Positions 21,689-33,600 of a DNA stretch of 64,000 nucleotides are shown here, piece after piece. The translations under genes and the position numbers were made by a program. Each line of letters begins with the position of its first letter. The stretch's first letter is position 1. The stretch lies in NCBI GenBank assembly GCA_964035545.1, contig OZ037766.1, forward strand, positions 30,370,773 through 30,434,772, in the 5' to 3' direction. This DNA comes from Bugula neritina (taxonomy: Eukaryota; Animalia; Bryozoa). The notes beneath the pieces were generated by a model, which searched no databases, was not told where the DNA came from, and saw only the letters and a list, made by a program, of their open reading frames with translations.

Positions 21689-24600
21689 TGTTTTATGTTG
21701 ATTTGTGATATTATTTCAGCTATCGTGAAAAGACAGAACGTGCTCGAGTTAGTTGATAAACGTAAGAGGCCGAAGCCGTGATTTATTACCACAATATATA
21801 TACACGAAAATACTAAAACTATTACAATAAGTGATACAATTAATTATTAAGATTATGACAAAAAATAGTAAAATAATAAAATAACAAATTAGAAATAAAT
21901 GTTTACATGAACACCGAACATCTCCCACAGAATAGAAAAAAGCTATTTAGATATGATTGTTTTAAGAGGGCACATAGTCTGCCATCCAACTAGGTGGCTT
22001 CCGTTCTCTGGTTGAACGTCTTAGATTGTCGCTATGATTGGCGCTCTCGGTGGTGTCAACCTGGGTACTACTAGCGTTTTGTTTAGGATCCTTTGGTGTC
22101 TCAGGACTCGCTGGCTCCGTGACGAGTGGTCTGATGTCTCGCCGGTTTCTCCGAAAGAGGTTGTTGTTAAGTTGTATGGCATAGGCTCTGCTACTCAATT
22201 GTTTGTTAATTTGCGCCTCCTGCCATTTTCTCCGGTGCTGACTCCAGTCTCGAACCAAAACTGGTTGCCCTTCTTTCAGCACTGCCAAATCTCTTGCACC
22301 GTCATTGCATCTCTGCTGCAGTTTTTCATTGCGGCCCTGCTTTTCCCACCAACCTTGGTTGTTCTCTGTTTCTGGCCGAACTTGTGGGAGTACTGACCTG
22401 GTGGGTCTTCCGATAAGTTGCTGAATTGGGCTGGCCGTCAGGCCTTCTTTGGTGGTGTTGAGATGTTCCAGTAACGCAAGTTCGGGCTCTTCACATCTGC
22501 GGAGTATACGTTTGGCTATCTTCACAGCAGACTCTGCCTTCCCATTGGACTGAGGATGATATGGAGAGCTGGTGGTGTGTGTGAAATTCCATGATTGGCT
22601 GAAAGTGGAAAACTGGTGCGAGGTAAACTGTGGTCCGTTGTCAGTGTGAACCTGTCTGGGTATTCCCAGGCGTCCAAAACAGCGCTTTATGGAGTTGATA
22701 ACAGCCTCTGCTGTTTGGTTGTCCAGTCGGTCATATTCAAGGTAGTCAGTCGTATAGTCAACAATAGTAATGTAGTGAGTGTGATTGTATTCAAACAAGT
22801 CAATTCCTACTTTGGTCCAGGGTTGTTGGGGAACTGTGTGGAGTAAAAGTGTTTCCTTCTGTTGCCGGGGAGCATCCAGTTGACATTGTCGACAGTTAGC
22901 AATATTGTTTTTGATGTCATTGGTGATGCCAAGCCAAAACACTGTGTGGCGGGCACGTCTTAGTGTGGAGTTAATCCCATTATGGCCGGTGTGAAGTAGT
23001 TGGAGAAACTTTCTCTGGAGTGTCTTTGGAATAATGGCTGGTAGTCCTTTGTAAACAATGCCATTGTCAATAGATAGTTCGTCCTGAAAGTGTTTGTACT
23101 TGTCGTGAGTTGTGCAGTTGGCAATGTTCCAGTCATGTTTAATAAGGTTTGTCAGTGTCATAAGTTCATTGTCCTGTGCAGTAGCAGTCCTAATGTTGTC
23201 AATTAAGTCGTCACAAACAGGAGCATCATTATTTTGAGAGTCAATGTGAAAAATGTGTTCTGGTAGTTGTTGATAGTTGGGGGAGTCAAAGTATGAGTCT
23301 CTTGAGAGTAAGTCAGCCGTGATCTGTTCAGCACCCTTTTGCCAAGTTACCTTAATGTTGGGGTATCTTTGTAAGTGAAGAAGCATAGCCTGCAACCTCC
23401 GAGATGCCTTATGAATGGATTTCCTGAAAATAGATACAAGGGGTTTGTGGTCAGTTTGGATAGTGACAGCATGGTGACCAAAGATATACTGGTCAAAGCG
23501 TTCAGTGCCAAACACTATGGCAAGGCACTCAAGCTCTAGTGGCACATAGTTCTGTTCCGATTTTGTTAAACTGCGAGATGCATATGCTACAGGCTTGCCT
23601 CCTTGCATGAGTGTTGCACCCACACCAGCATTTGAAGCGTCAGTTTGTATAGTTACTGGCTTGTTGCAGTCAAAGTATTGTAGAGTTTCTGAGTCAGTTA
23701 GTAAGGTCTTCAGTCTATTAAAAGCGTTCATTTGGTCGTCAGTCCAGTGAAAGTCTTGAGCATTGTCTTGTGTCAGTAAACGTCGTAATGGTTCAGATTC
23801 CGATGCTAGGTTGCTAATAAATTTTGACATGTATGTGATGTGACCAAGGAATCGTTTTACTCCCTGTGGAGATGAGGGAGGTTTCATCTTAAGAATGGCT
23901 TTTACTTTGTTAGGATCTGGTTTAAGTCCATTAGTTGTCAGTATGTGTCCAATGTAAGGTAGTTCGTCCTGAAGGAAGCGGGATTTTTCCTTGTTCAGTC
24001 TCAGTCCTGTCTGTCGAGCACGTTTGAAGAGCGCTTCAAGGTTTCTATCATGCTCTTTCCTTGTGCTTCCAAAAATTAGGATGTCATCTGCAACTATGGT
24101 GATGCCATCAAGACCAGCAAGATTTTCCGTGAGCCTTCTCTGAAACTCCTCCGGCGCTGATGCAATTCCAAAGGGTAGCCTTAGGTACTTGTACTTTCCT
24201 ATGGGAGTCCAGAAAGTTGTCAAGTCTGTAGATTCCTCAGCTAGGGGAATTTGATAGAAACCTTCTTTGGCGTCACACAAGGAGAAAAACTTGGCACCGT
24301 TGAGTTGTGGCAAAACATCTTCCAATGTTGGCATGACAGCGTGGTTTCGTTTAATTGCTTGATTGAGATTTTGCGGATCTATGCAGATGCGTATCTTTCC
24401 ATTAGGCTTGCGCACTGGTTGTAGATGGCTTATCCAGTCTGTAGGTGCTTCTACCTTAGCGATAATTTGACGTTGTTCTAGTTCAAGAATAGTCTTGATG
24501 AGATCTGATTTCATCGACAAGGGCACCTTCCGCGGTCGGACTTGCACTGGTACAGCTTCAGGTCTTAGCTCTATCCTATATTCCTGTTCAAACTTTCCAA

Positions 24601-26188
24601 GTCCGGTAAATATGTCATCAAAGTTAGTCAGTAAAGTCTGAAGGTCTGGGTCAGTAGTGGCAAAGTTTACATTCTCGCTTTTGGTGCTGGGCATTTGTAA
24701 TAAATCCAGGTGCAAACATGATTTCCATGACAGCAAGCTATGTTGGGTGGTTTCCACAACTAGGAATTTTAATGTAGTGTAACATCCTTGCTTGTTTAGT
24801 ATCTGTATCCGTGTCCACCCTAGTGGTGCACACTTGCTCTGGTCATACAAAGTTAGTACAGTATCAGTCGGTGTAAGTTTCGGTCTACCTAGCTTGTCGT
24901 AGTCGATCGTATTCAAAGTATTGCATGATGCACCAGTGTCAAGTTGGAATTCAATGTCATAAATAGTATCTGCTTGCTTAGCAGTAAGCATCGCTAATAA
25001 TTTACGATCTCGTACAGTAGTGGAGATAGTACTTACATGTTGAGAGTCACTGTCTGAAGAGTAATTCCAGGTGACTTGATTGGCTGTTTCGGTTGAGTCG
25101 CGATAATGATGCATGCGTGACCTGCAGTATGCAGCAAAGTGGTTAAATTTCTTGCAATGATTGCACTGTTTCCCATATGCTGGGCATGCTCGAGGTGGGT
25201 GATTGCCTCCACAGTTTCCACACCTAGAAGCACCAACTGATTTTCTGACGTTGGGCTGAGAGTGAGTGTGTGAAAGTTGTCCTCTGTGTTTATCAGTGTT
25301 ACGAGTGTCATTAGAGTGATATTGATGAGTCGGAGGTCTATGTTTTACCAAGTTCACTTGTTCGAGTCCATATGTGTTATCCTTAGTCATAGTCTTGTAG
25401 TCAATAGCCGATGCTTCTTCTCGTCTGCAGAGTTCAATTGCTTTGTCAAAGTCAGTCAAGTCAAACAGTTTCTTTCTAATCTTGTCACTTTCAATTCCCA
25501 GTATCAGTGCCTGTAGTATCAGTCGGTTGTACATGTCTTTTAAGTCACATAGTCCTGCAATGGTATGTAGTTCAGTCAAAAATTCGTCAATAGTTCTATT
25601 TCCTTGCTTACAAGTCAGTAGTGAGTGAGTCTTAGCCACTAAGTTTATTCTTGGTTTGCAGTAGTCATCAAACTGCGTCACAACTTTGTCATAGTCAGTT
25701 TTGTCATTGTTGTCAGTCCAGTTGAAAGAGTCGTATATTTGGTTGCCTCGGCGACCGATAGTTCTAAGTAGGTATGCAGTTTTCACTTTGCCTTCGGCTG
25801 TATCTTTCGATGTGGCCGTTAAAAAAAGTTCGAAGTCACGTTTAAAAATCTTCCATTCCTCAGGTAAATTCGGTCCATCTGCTAATGGTTTTGGCGCTAG
25901 TAATTGCTCCATGTTATTTCAGTGTAATATTAATAATAATTAGACTCGGGGCACCATGTTTTATGTTGATTTGTGATATTATTTCAGCTATCGTGAAAAG
26001 ACAGAACGTGCTCGAGTTAGTTGATAAACGTAAGAGGCCGAAGCCGTGATTTATTACCACAATATATATACACGAAAATACTAAAACTATTACAATAAGT
26101 GATACAATTAATTATTAAGATTATGACAAAAAATAGTAAAATAATAAAATAACAAATTAGAAATAAATGTTTACATGAACACCGAACA
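21689..26188 (-). mobile_element. intact, very recent Ty3/Gypsy (Mag-like) LTR retrotransposon
   Basis: 232-bp LTRs at 21689-21920 and 25957-26188 appear identical, TG...CA. 5-bp TSD GTAAT (21684-21688, 26189-26193). PBS TGGTGCCCCGAGT at 25956-25944 (resembles the complement of an elongator tRNA-Met 3' end); short PPT GGGAGA. Confidence 0.97.
21962..25912 (-). CDS. gag-pol: single-ORF Gag-Pol polyprotein (1316 aa)
   Basis: Tandem knuckles CGNCGGNHPPRAC-PAYGKQ-CNHCKKFNHFAAYC, LDTGAS protease, LPFGI and VADD RT, TDAS/ELE/TDH RNase H, HHCC plus D-D-E integrase (IDLF, TDNG, AESAVK). Confidence 0.97.
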   Translation of the reverse strand: MEQLLAPKPLADGPNLPEEWKIFKRDFELFLTATSKDTAEGKVKTAYLLRTIGRRGNQIYDSFNWTDNNDKTDYDKVVTQFDDYCKPRINLVAKTHSLLTCKQGNRTIDEFLTELHTIAGLCDLKDMYNRLILQALILGIESDKIRKKLFDLTDFDKAIELCRREEASAIDYKTMTKDNTYGLEQVNLVKHRPPTHQYHSNDTRNTDKHRGQLSHTHSQPNVRKSVGASRCGNCGGNHPPRACPAYGKQCNHCKKFNHFAAYCRSRMHHYRDSTETANQVTWNYSSDSDSQHVSTISTTVRDRKLLAMLTAKQADTIYDIEFQLDTGASCNTLNTIDYDKLGRPKLTPTDTVLTLYDQSKCAPLGWTRIQILNKQGCYTTLKFLVVETTQHSLLSWKSCLHLDLLQMPSTKSENVNFATTDPDLQTLLTNFDDIFTGLGKFEQEYRIELRPEAVPVQVRPRKVPLSMKSDLIKTILELEQRQIIAKVEAPTDWISHLQPVRKPNGKIRICIDPQNLNQAIKRNHAVMPTLEDVLPQLNGAKFFSLCDAKEGFYQIPLAEESTDLTTFWTPIGKYKYLRLPFGIASAPEEFQRRLTENLAGLDGITIVADDILIFGSTRKEHDRNLEALFKRARQTGLRLNKEKSRFLQDELPYIGHILTTNGLKPDPNKVKAILKMKPPSSPQGVKRFLGHITYMSKFISNLASESEPLRRLLTQDNAQDFHWTDDQMNAFNRLKTLLTDSETLQYFDCNKPVTIQTDASNAGVGATLMQGGKPVAYASRSLTKSEQNYVPLELECLAIVFGTERFDQYIFGHHAVTIQTDHKPLVSIFRKSIHKASRRLQAMLLHLQRYPNIKVTWQKGAEQITADLLSRDSYFDSPNYQQLPEHIFHIDSQNNDAPVCDDLIDNIRTATAQDNELMTLTNLIKHDWNIANCTTHDKYKHFQDELSIDNGIVYKGLPAIIPKTLQRKFLQLLHTGHNGINSTLRRARHTVFWLGITNDIKNNIANCRQCQLDAPRQQKETLLLHTVPQQPWTKVGIDLFEYNHTHYITIVDYTTDYLEYDRLDNQTAEAVINSIKRCFGRLGIPRQVHTDNGPQFTSHQFSTFSQSWNFTHTTSSPYHPQSNGKAESAVKIAKRILRRCEEPELALLEHLNTTKEGLTASPIQQLIGRPTRSVLPQVRPETENNQGWWEKQGRNEKLQQRCNDGARDLAVLKEGQPVLVRDWSQHRRKWQEAQINKQLSSRAYAIQLNNNLFRRNRRDIRPLVTEPASPETPKDPKQNASSTQVDTTESANHSDNLRRSTRERKPPSWMADYVPS

Positions 26189-26369
26189 GTAATGAAACTA
26201 TAAATTTATATTATTGAATTCAATAATAATATTAATATTATATTTATATTATTATTAAAGTAATAAAATTATTCATCATTATGATAGTGATTATGATTAT
26301 CATTATGTTTATGTATGACTGTAGTTGCACGAAGTCCAACAGTAACAGTAACACCAACTTGAACTACTA

Positions 26370-26700
26370 ACTAAATCTAATAGTAATACTAGTAATACTA
26401 ATACTAATAGTAATAGTAATACTGTAATACTAATACTAATAGTAATACTAATAGTAATAGTAATACTAATAGTAATAGTACTATAACTATTACTAAGACT
26501 CAAGAGTAAGTAATAGGTATAGTAATACTAATAGTAATACTAATAGTAATAGTACTATAACTATTACTAAGACTCAAGAGTAAGTAATAGGTATAGTAAT
26601 ACTAATAGTAATACTAATAGTAATAGTAATTACTAATTACTAATAGTAATACTAATAGTAATTCAGTAATTGAGTAATAGTAATAATTACAATATTATTA
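26370..26700. repeat. (TAATAG/TAATAC)n satellite-like tract with an internal ~72-bp tandem duplication
   Basis: Hexamer runs; CTATAACTATTACTAAGACTCAAGAGTAAGTAATAGGTATAG occurs twice (~26481 and ~26555). Confidence 0.8.
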
Positions 26701-27676
26701 TTAACTAAGTAATATTGTAACCGTTATAGTAGTACAGCGCGAGTCTCATAACCGTATGCTCATGCTGGTATGGGAAGAAAAATTATTAGTATTACATAAT
26801 TTACTACAATTTCTACTAGTATCTATTCATATCGTAATATAATTTTGCTCTCGGTGATATCAGCGCAGTTTCACTATAAAACGAATATTTTGCTGTATTA
26901 CGTATTAATACAGAGTTGTCCTATCAAATTAGAGTCTATTATGTAGTATCACTGAGCTGGAATAGACCAATAGTTGAGTTCATTGTGTATTCTACTCTAA
27001 TTTGATAGTCTTCAGACTAAAACTTTTGTCGTTTTGGTCTGAAGAAGACCGTTTTTCTCCCACTATTGTTATTACGATCCAGCCGGCATTGTCTACTAAC
27101 GTAGCAGATCCAATTAAACATGTTTTGCTCAACATGAACAGAAAAAGTCGAAATAAAATTGAATATCATGATCGTCAACTAGCAGGTGACCACAGCCATT
27201 ATAATTATCAATATCGAATAATTAGAATTAATATGCTAATCGATATGCTAATAGTAATACTGGGACACTAACAGAAATACTAACCCAAATCAAATAGAGC
27301 AACAGTATTGTTATTAGGCAACAAATTTAAATTGCCAATAATTTTAATTTATTTATATTTATAATATTATAAATATAAACTAGTAACTACTAACTACTAG
27401 TACTGGTACTAGTAGTAGTACTGTACTAGTAGTACTAGTAGTAGTATTCACTTTTTCTTAGAGCTGAATCAGAGATCTGCTATTGGACCATTAACCTTGG
27501 TAATAATTGCAAGCACTAAAAATGCTGGAATGCTTCAAAATTTGTTACTTATAATGATCACGTATTCAGCAGTACAATGCTCACATAATGATAATGCACC
27601 AATTACATTTTAATGGTGCAACAGACACAGTTACCTTTTAATTGTAGCTGCTTAAAATTTACAAACGCAAGACTAA

Positions 27677-30600
27677 ATGATGGATAGTGTTGAGCAGAGG
27701 GATGCAGACAATGTAGAAGAAGCTGATCAGCCAATGGCTATGGATGAAGGAGCAGAAGAAAGTGATGCCTCATCTGACAGCGAAGATGCCGAAGAATCTA
27801 AACTCACTCAACAAGCCTTGGAATTGGAGAAACAGGTATCTTTTCTTGATTATCTCATATTGTATTGTAAGGCTATGCATATATTCGCTCTACTGCACTA
27901 CACGGTTTAATTCTATGTTAGTTCATGTAATACTGATCATCAAACTATTGAAGATATTTGCTGCTTACCCTTATATTCTGCTCACCTATGTTTTAGCTGT
28001 TTTTTCTGAAAAATTACTAGTAATTCCCAGTTCTTTTTCTGATCTATTAGTATTCTTGCATTTTAGCCTAAAACTCATATGTAAGTCAGGAGCTGGGCCA
28101 ACATAACTGGTATCGCAATAAACTTGATACTAGATGCAAAATGTAGATGATAAATCATATTTCTATGAATTTTCTCGACCCTTATGCTCGAGTTTCCAAA
28201 TTTGTTTCATTTATATTTATAACTCTTCCAGTTTACCATCTCACAAAACACCAATTAGATGACTGTGTTTAAGTTTGTTGTGTTAACAAATTAATATAAC
28301 TTGGATTTCTGCATCTTTTGACCCTTGACCCTTGGTATATGCTACTTTGAACTTTTAGTTAGTATGCAAGTCTTCAAATCTCTGTCTTATTAAATTTCTT
28401 TATCAGCTTTTATTCAAGTAAGTTCATTTTAAATTTGAGAATTATTTTAGACCAGAGAGGCTGTGCTATTATGGTTGAAAATTATTGCCATTCTTCTAAC
28501 CAGATTTAAGTTGAAACTAAAATTACTTGTACTGTTGAAGCTTCTTTACTGCAGCAAATAAAATGAAATCAAATTTAATAAGTTTTTAAGCAACAACATC
28601 TATATCATAAATGTAACTTCAACAGAAAAATATTTTAATATATAACATCCAGGCAATACTTACTTCATTTATTTTAGTTTTGGACAATCATTAAATCATA
28701 ACTGTTAGTTATCATAATAATAATCATTGCATTAGTTACAGTTTTAAGAACAAATATATCAATCTATGCAATTCCCATAATCCTCCTTGATATATTCCTA
28801 TGATACAACCTTTATCTCACTGGAACTGTTAGTCCAGTCCTTACTGTTTTCAGGTGGCAGAGAATCCATACCTTTATGAAGCGTATAAAGAACTCATCTC
28901 CCTGTATAAGAGTCTGGGGGAACTCAATGCCCTCAGGACTGCTAGAGACAAGTTTAAGTCTTATTTCCCACTCACTGAAGGTATATTATACTGCAGGTGT
29001 ATACACTATGTGCTGTGAAAATTGAGGTGTACAAGAGATATCTTTGAAAAATTTTATAAAATGTAATATAAGTTTCTACATGCAAACATTTAACATAATA
29101 TAAAATATGATTTAATATAAATATAACATATATAATATGTATATAGCACATAGGATATAGTGGGTGCTGTGATGGTTATATTATTATGAAATGTTCTCGC
29201 GGTTTTTCAAGATTTCATTTCTACCAGTTATTTACTAATTTTATGAAGTTTGATGATAAAATATTTTGGCAATATTTATAGTAGGCATATTTGTGTAGGT
29301 TATTGCAATTGCTGGATAGCTTTTGGTGCCATCCATTCCTAAGCAATTCTCACTTTTCACTATTTCGAGTTTGTGTCAGTTCAAGATTGCAACCTTGAGC
29401 TGTCTGCCAATGTTTGTGTCTATCTGTCTGTATGTCTGTCCGTGTGTCTGTCTGTAACCCGAGGTTGGAATTACAGAAATATGGACAGACTGGCTGGCTG
29501 ATGAGAAGGAGTTGGTAGACAGTAAAGAAGATCGGCAGAAACTTCTAGAACTTTATGAATCAGCAATGCAGGACTACTTATGTAAGTAGTAATAGTTATA
29601 TTTATTAAATTTTAGTGTTTTCTAAACAAACTGGTTTCGCATTCTGAGCTATTCTAAAATTTAGAGCTCTCTAGCTAGTATGTGGTTTGGTAAGCATCTG
29701 GCAAGTATATTATATGTATTATATGTATTTCTTTATTAATGAATAAACTATGTATGCATAATTTGTTTTTCAATTGATATTTTCTAACAAAAATACAAAT
29801 CAGTTTGTATAAAATAGCTGCTAAATCTTTGGAAGTTGAAGATTCTGGTAAGAATTATCTGAAGCTCATATTCTAATTGTAGCTGTAATGCTGTGGGTGG
29901 ACTATTGTGCATACGCCATTGGCCTTGGAGACGCAGCTAAATGTCGCGATATCATGACCCAGGCTACCTCATTAGCTGGATATCACTTAACTGAAGGGAA
30001 ACTACTCTGGGATCTGAGGCTAGAGTATGAGATGACTCTGCTACAAACAATGCAGGTCTGTTTCAGTACCTGACTTAATATCCTGTGTGTGAGAGACATG
30101 AGTAACTAGTAGCAGTAGGGCACTGGGTTAGAGTGTGGTTTGATTTTCGTAATAACCATGGGAAAGGTTGGAAGCTCTTTTGCTATATGCTGAACATAAT
30201 CTGTTATATTATTTTTACCCAGTTTAGCTGTGAAATTGCGATATTGTTGTTGTGTCCTGTATTTTTGACGCATTTTCTGTATTCTGGTTTTAAAGTGAAG
30301 CATCATAATTGCAATCTGAATAGGCATATATAGTTTATTTTTACACCACTATTGCCAGATACAATCACTCTGTAAAGCAAAAGCTATGGTTTGTTATTGG
30401 ATAATTGATATCAACAGTCAACCATTTTTTATTATGTTAGTCTACCAAGAGTTCACAACTCTTATAGTTTCTGCTACACTAAACATAAATTACTCCTAAT
30501 ATAAGGTTAGCTTCTTTGTTGTCTTGTTGGCCAATTTTTGAACTTATAGACTTTGAACACAGCACGCTTTTACATTCATAAACAACTGGGTCCCGGTATA

Positions 30601-33600
30601 AGGTGATTAGCTGATCTGATTAGGATTGATATATTTGTGTGCAAGGAAAAGCGTTGCTCTGGAATACACACTTCAAGTACAAATTTAGTGCACAGTTTCT
30701 TAAGGTTTCTATCAAAGACACAGGCTTTTACTAGTAAAAAACAATCCGCATTAACAAGATCTTTGTCTGGATGCCGCAATCACCTAATACGTAACAACTG
30801 TTTTCAATAGCTCGGTTTTTCAGCTGTGGAAAGACCTTACATTGTGCTGTGTGTTACAATTGTGAACCATACCATATGAGTCATCCCTAATATTGCTGCT
30901 TGTAGCCTTCCATCGGCAGCTGCTCAACGCCAGATCAAGAGGCAGCAATCAACGAACAAACAGAAAGAATCAACTCTTTATATAAACAAGTGATCTGTAC
31001 ACCTCTAGTTGGTAAGTGATTTCAGTCGACCAGCACTAACTAACTAGTATGCTTCAATGTTCCTCTGAATGGCTAATGAACATGTAAAATAATCATTCTA
31101 GGTATAAATTCAGCATTAGCTGAATATGAACAGTGGATAGGAGAAAAGATATCAGAGGAGCTGCTAGAGTCCCATCAAAAAGCTCTTGATATTGTCAACA
31201 GCTGTAATAAATATGAGAACGAGTTGGTAAGTACAATACTATGTTTTAATACTCGCTAGCTTTGGTGTTATATTGTAACATCTAATCATCTCTATTCAAG
31301 CATAGTGCAAGCAATTATTTGCCAATTTTAGTATTGCTGTGTAACGCTAAGTAGGTATCGTATAATTGAAGTTTTAAATTTTTGAAAGAATGTAGAATCA
31401 TTTGATGACATAAGAAATAAGCATAGCTTATTCTATAGTGTTTTTTTAAATGAATGAAGCCGTGCCAAATAATTATATGTTTTATAATTAACTTTTAATC
31501 ATCCAGGTGTGTTGTCTTTGTAATAACATCTAGAAAACTCTGCTGTAGGCAAGCAGTCAGACTGCAGAGGGAAAGGCCAATGTGTATGACACGTACATCA
31601 CATCATATATTACTCATCACCCTGCATTGACAAGCTGTATCAGGTGCTTGTTTGAGAGGGCACTTGCTGTCAACTGCCTAGATCAGAATATCTGGATCAA
31701 GTATACTCTTTACTTGGTATGCTACCCATTATATATTATCTAGTTTTTTTACAGCAATAGACTACGAAGGATTTGTATCAACCTCTATTTGCTAGTTAGA
31801 TTTGCTAATTGCTAGTTAGATATGCTAGTTGTTGATTTACATTTTTCCCAGTTCTGTTGAATTAATCAATTGCTTTTCAAGCATCAGTTGTTATGGTATC
31901 AAAAGTGTTTCTTTTTTACCTCCTAGGAAAAAACTATGGCGGATAACTCAGACGTTATTCTGTCAGTCTACAAACGATCTTTACGGAACTGCCCGTGGAG
32001 TGGTGCATTGTGGGTAGCCTACTGTTTGGCTTGTGAGAAGAATGGCGAGACACTGGAAAAGCTGGAAGGTTGGTTTGAATTTTGGTTTCCTCTAAATGTA
32101 ACCACGGTGATGTAATCATGGTAATGTAACCATAGTGGTTTAACCATGGTGATATAGTCATGGTGATGTAACCATGGTGATGTAGACATAGTGATGCAAC
32201 CATGGTGATGTAGTCATCGTGCTTTAGCTAGGGTGATGTAGTCATGGTCATGTAACCATAGTGATGTAATCATGGTGATGTAGACATAGTGATTTAACCA
32301 TGGTGATATAGTCATGGTGATTCAGCTAGGGTGATGTAGTCATGGTGATGTAACCATAGTGATGCAACCATGGTGATGTAGTCATGGTGGTGTGGTTTAA
32401 GTTTTAACACAAGTACAACTAACTCTAACTAACTTCCCTCCACTGGAATATAATGTTGTGCTTTCACTAACGTAGTTTCAGTTATACTGTTATAATAAAA
32501 TGATAAATTTCTAATTTAGTAGTCATAGAATCACTGCTTGTAGATTTTACTCATATTTTCTGCGTTTATCTAATTTTCTCTAATAGAAAGAATAAAGTTG
32601 CCTGTCTGTATAGCTAATGAACCTGCTGTGTCCCAGATTATTGTGTACATGGTTGCTTGATGTTACTTTAACTCCAATTATTACGTGGACTTCTGTTATA
32701 TACATGGCTACTGCTTTCACCTCATCATTACATAATTTTGGCTTTGAACACTTTTTAGAGTTATCTTTCCAATTTAGGCTCACTGTAGTTTGATGGGTCG
32801 CCTTCTTACATTTAAATTCCACCGTTTGGTTTTATAGCAGTTAGGACAAAGGAGCGAGTGTTGAATGCTTATAACATTATATGCTCTTGCATATTGTAAT
32901 GTAAAACTCTTTTACATTATTTTTACTTCATCTTATTTTACTGTCTGGTATAATGTGTATTATCATTGATGGCGTTAGGGAATTTGTTTTATTATGTTAT
33001 TATTACTGCTTTTAGGTTGCACTGTATTTATTTATCTGTTTTATATGTACTATTTTGCTTTTATTCTTATGTTGTGCTGCATATTTTAATATTGCATATT
33101 TTTGCATTTTAATATTCTACGTATTGAATTACAGTATTATATATGTTATGATGTCATATTCTATATTCAGCTATAGTATATTATATGTTATGATATTATT
33201 TTTCATTGAATTATAGTATATTACATGTTATTATAATATATTATCAGGTCACATAAAGACAGCACTGCAGAGTATAGTATATTACATGTTATTATAATAT
33301 ATTATCAGGTCACATGGAGGTAGAGTATAGTATATTACATGTTATTATATTATTATTTATTGAATTATAGTATATTACATGTTATTATAATATATTATCA
33401 GGTCACATGGAGGCAGCACTGCAGAGTGGAATGCAAACATCTCAAGACTTTCTCAATGTCTGGACTACATACTGTGATGTCATAAGGAGGCGTATAAACT
33501 GGGCGGAGATAGACTCAGGTCTCCTGGATAGACTAAGAGCTGTGTTTGAGAGGGCTATTCCCCATCTCCTCAAGTGTGAGGGGTTTTCACATATTTAACC

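Noticed and set aside
24080-24100. RT active site VADD instead of YxDD
   Set aside because: (I/V)ADD variants are known in Mag-type Gypsy RTs; not evidence of inactivity or novelty.
32095-32392. Regular repeat array that might suggest CRISPR
   Set aside because: Contiguous ~14-bp units with no unique spacers, inside a eukaryotic intron, and no cas genes: a minisatellite.
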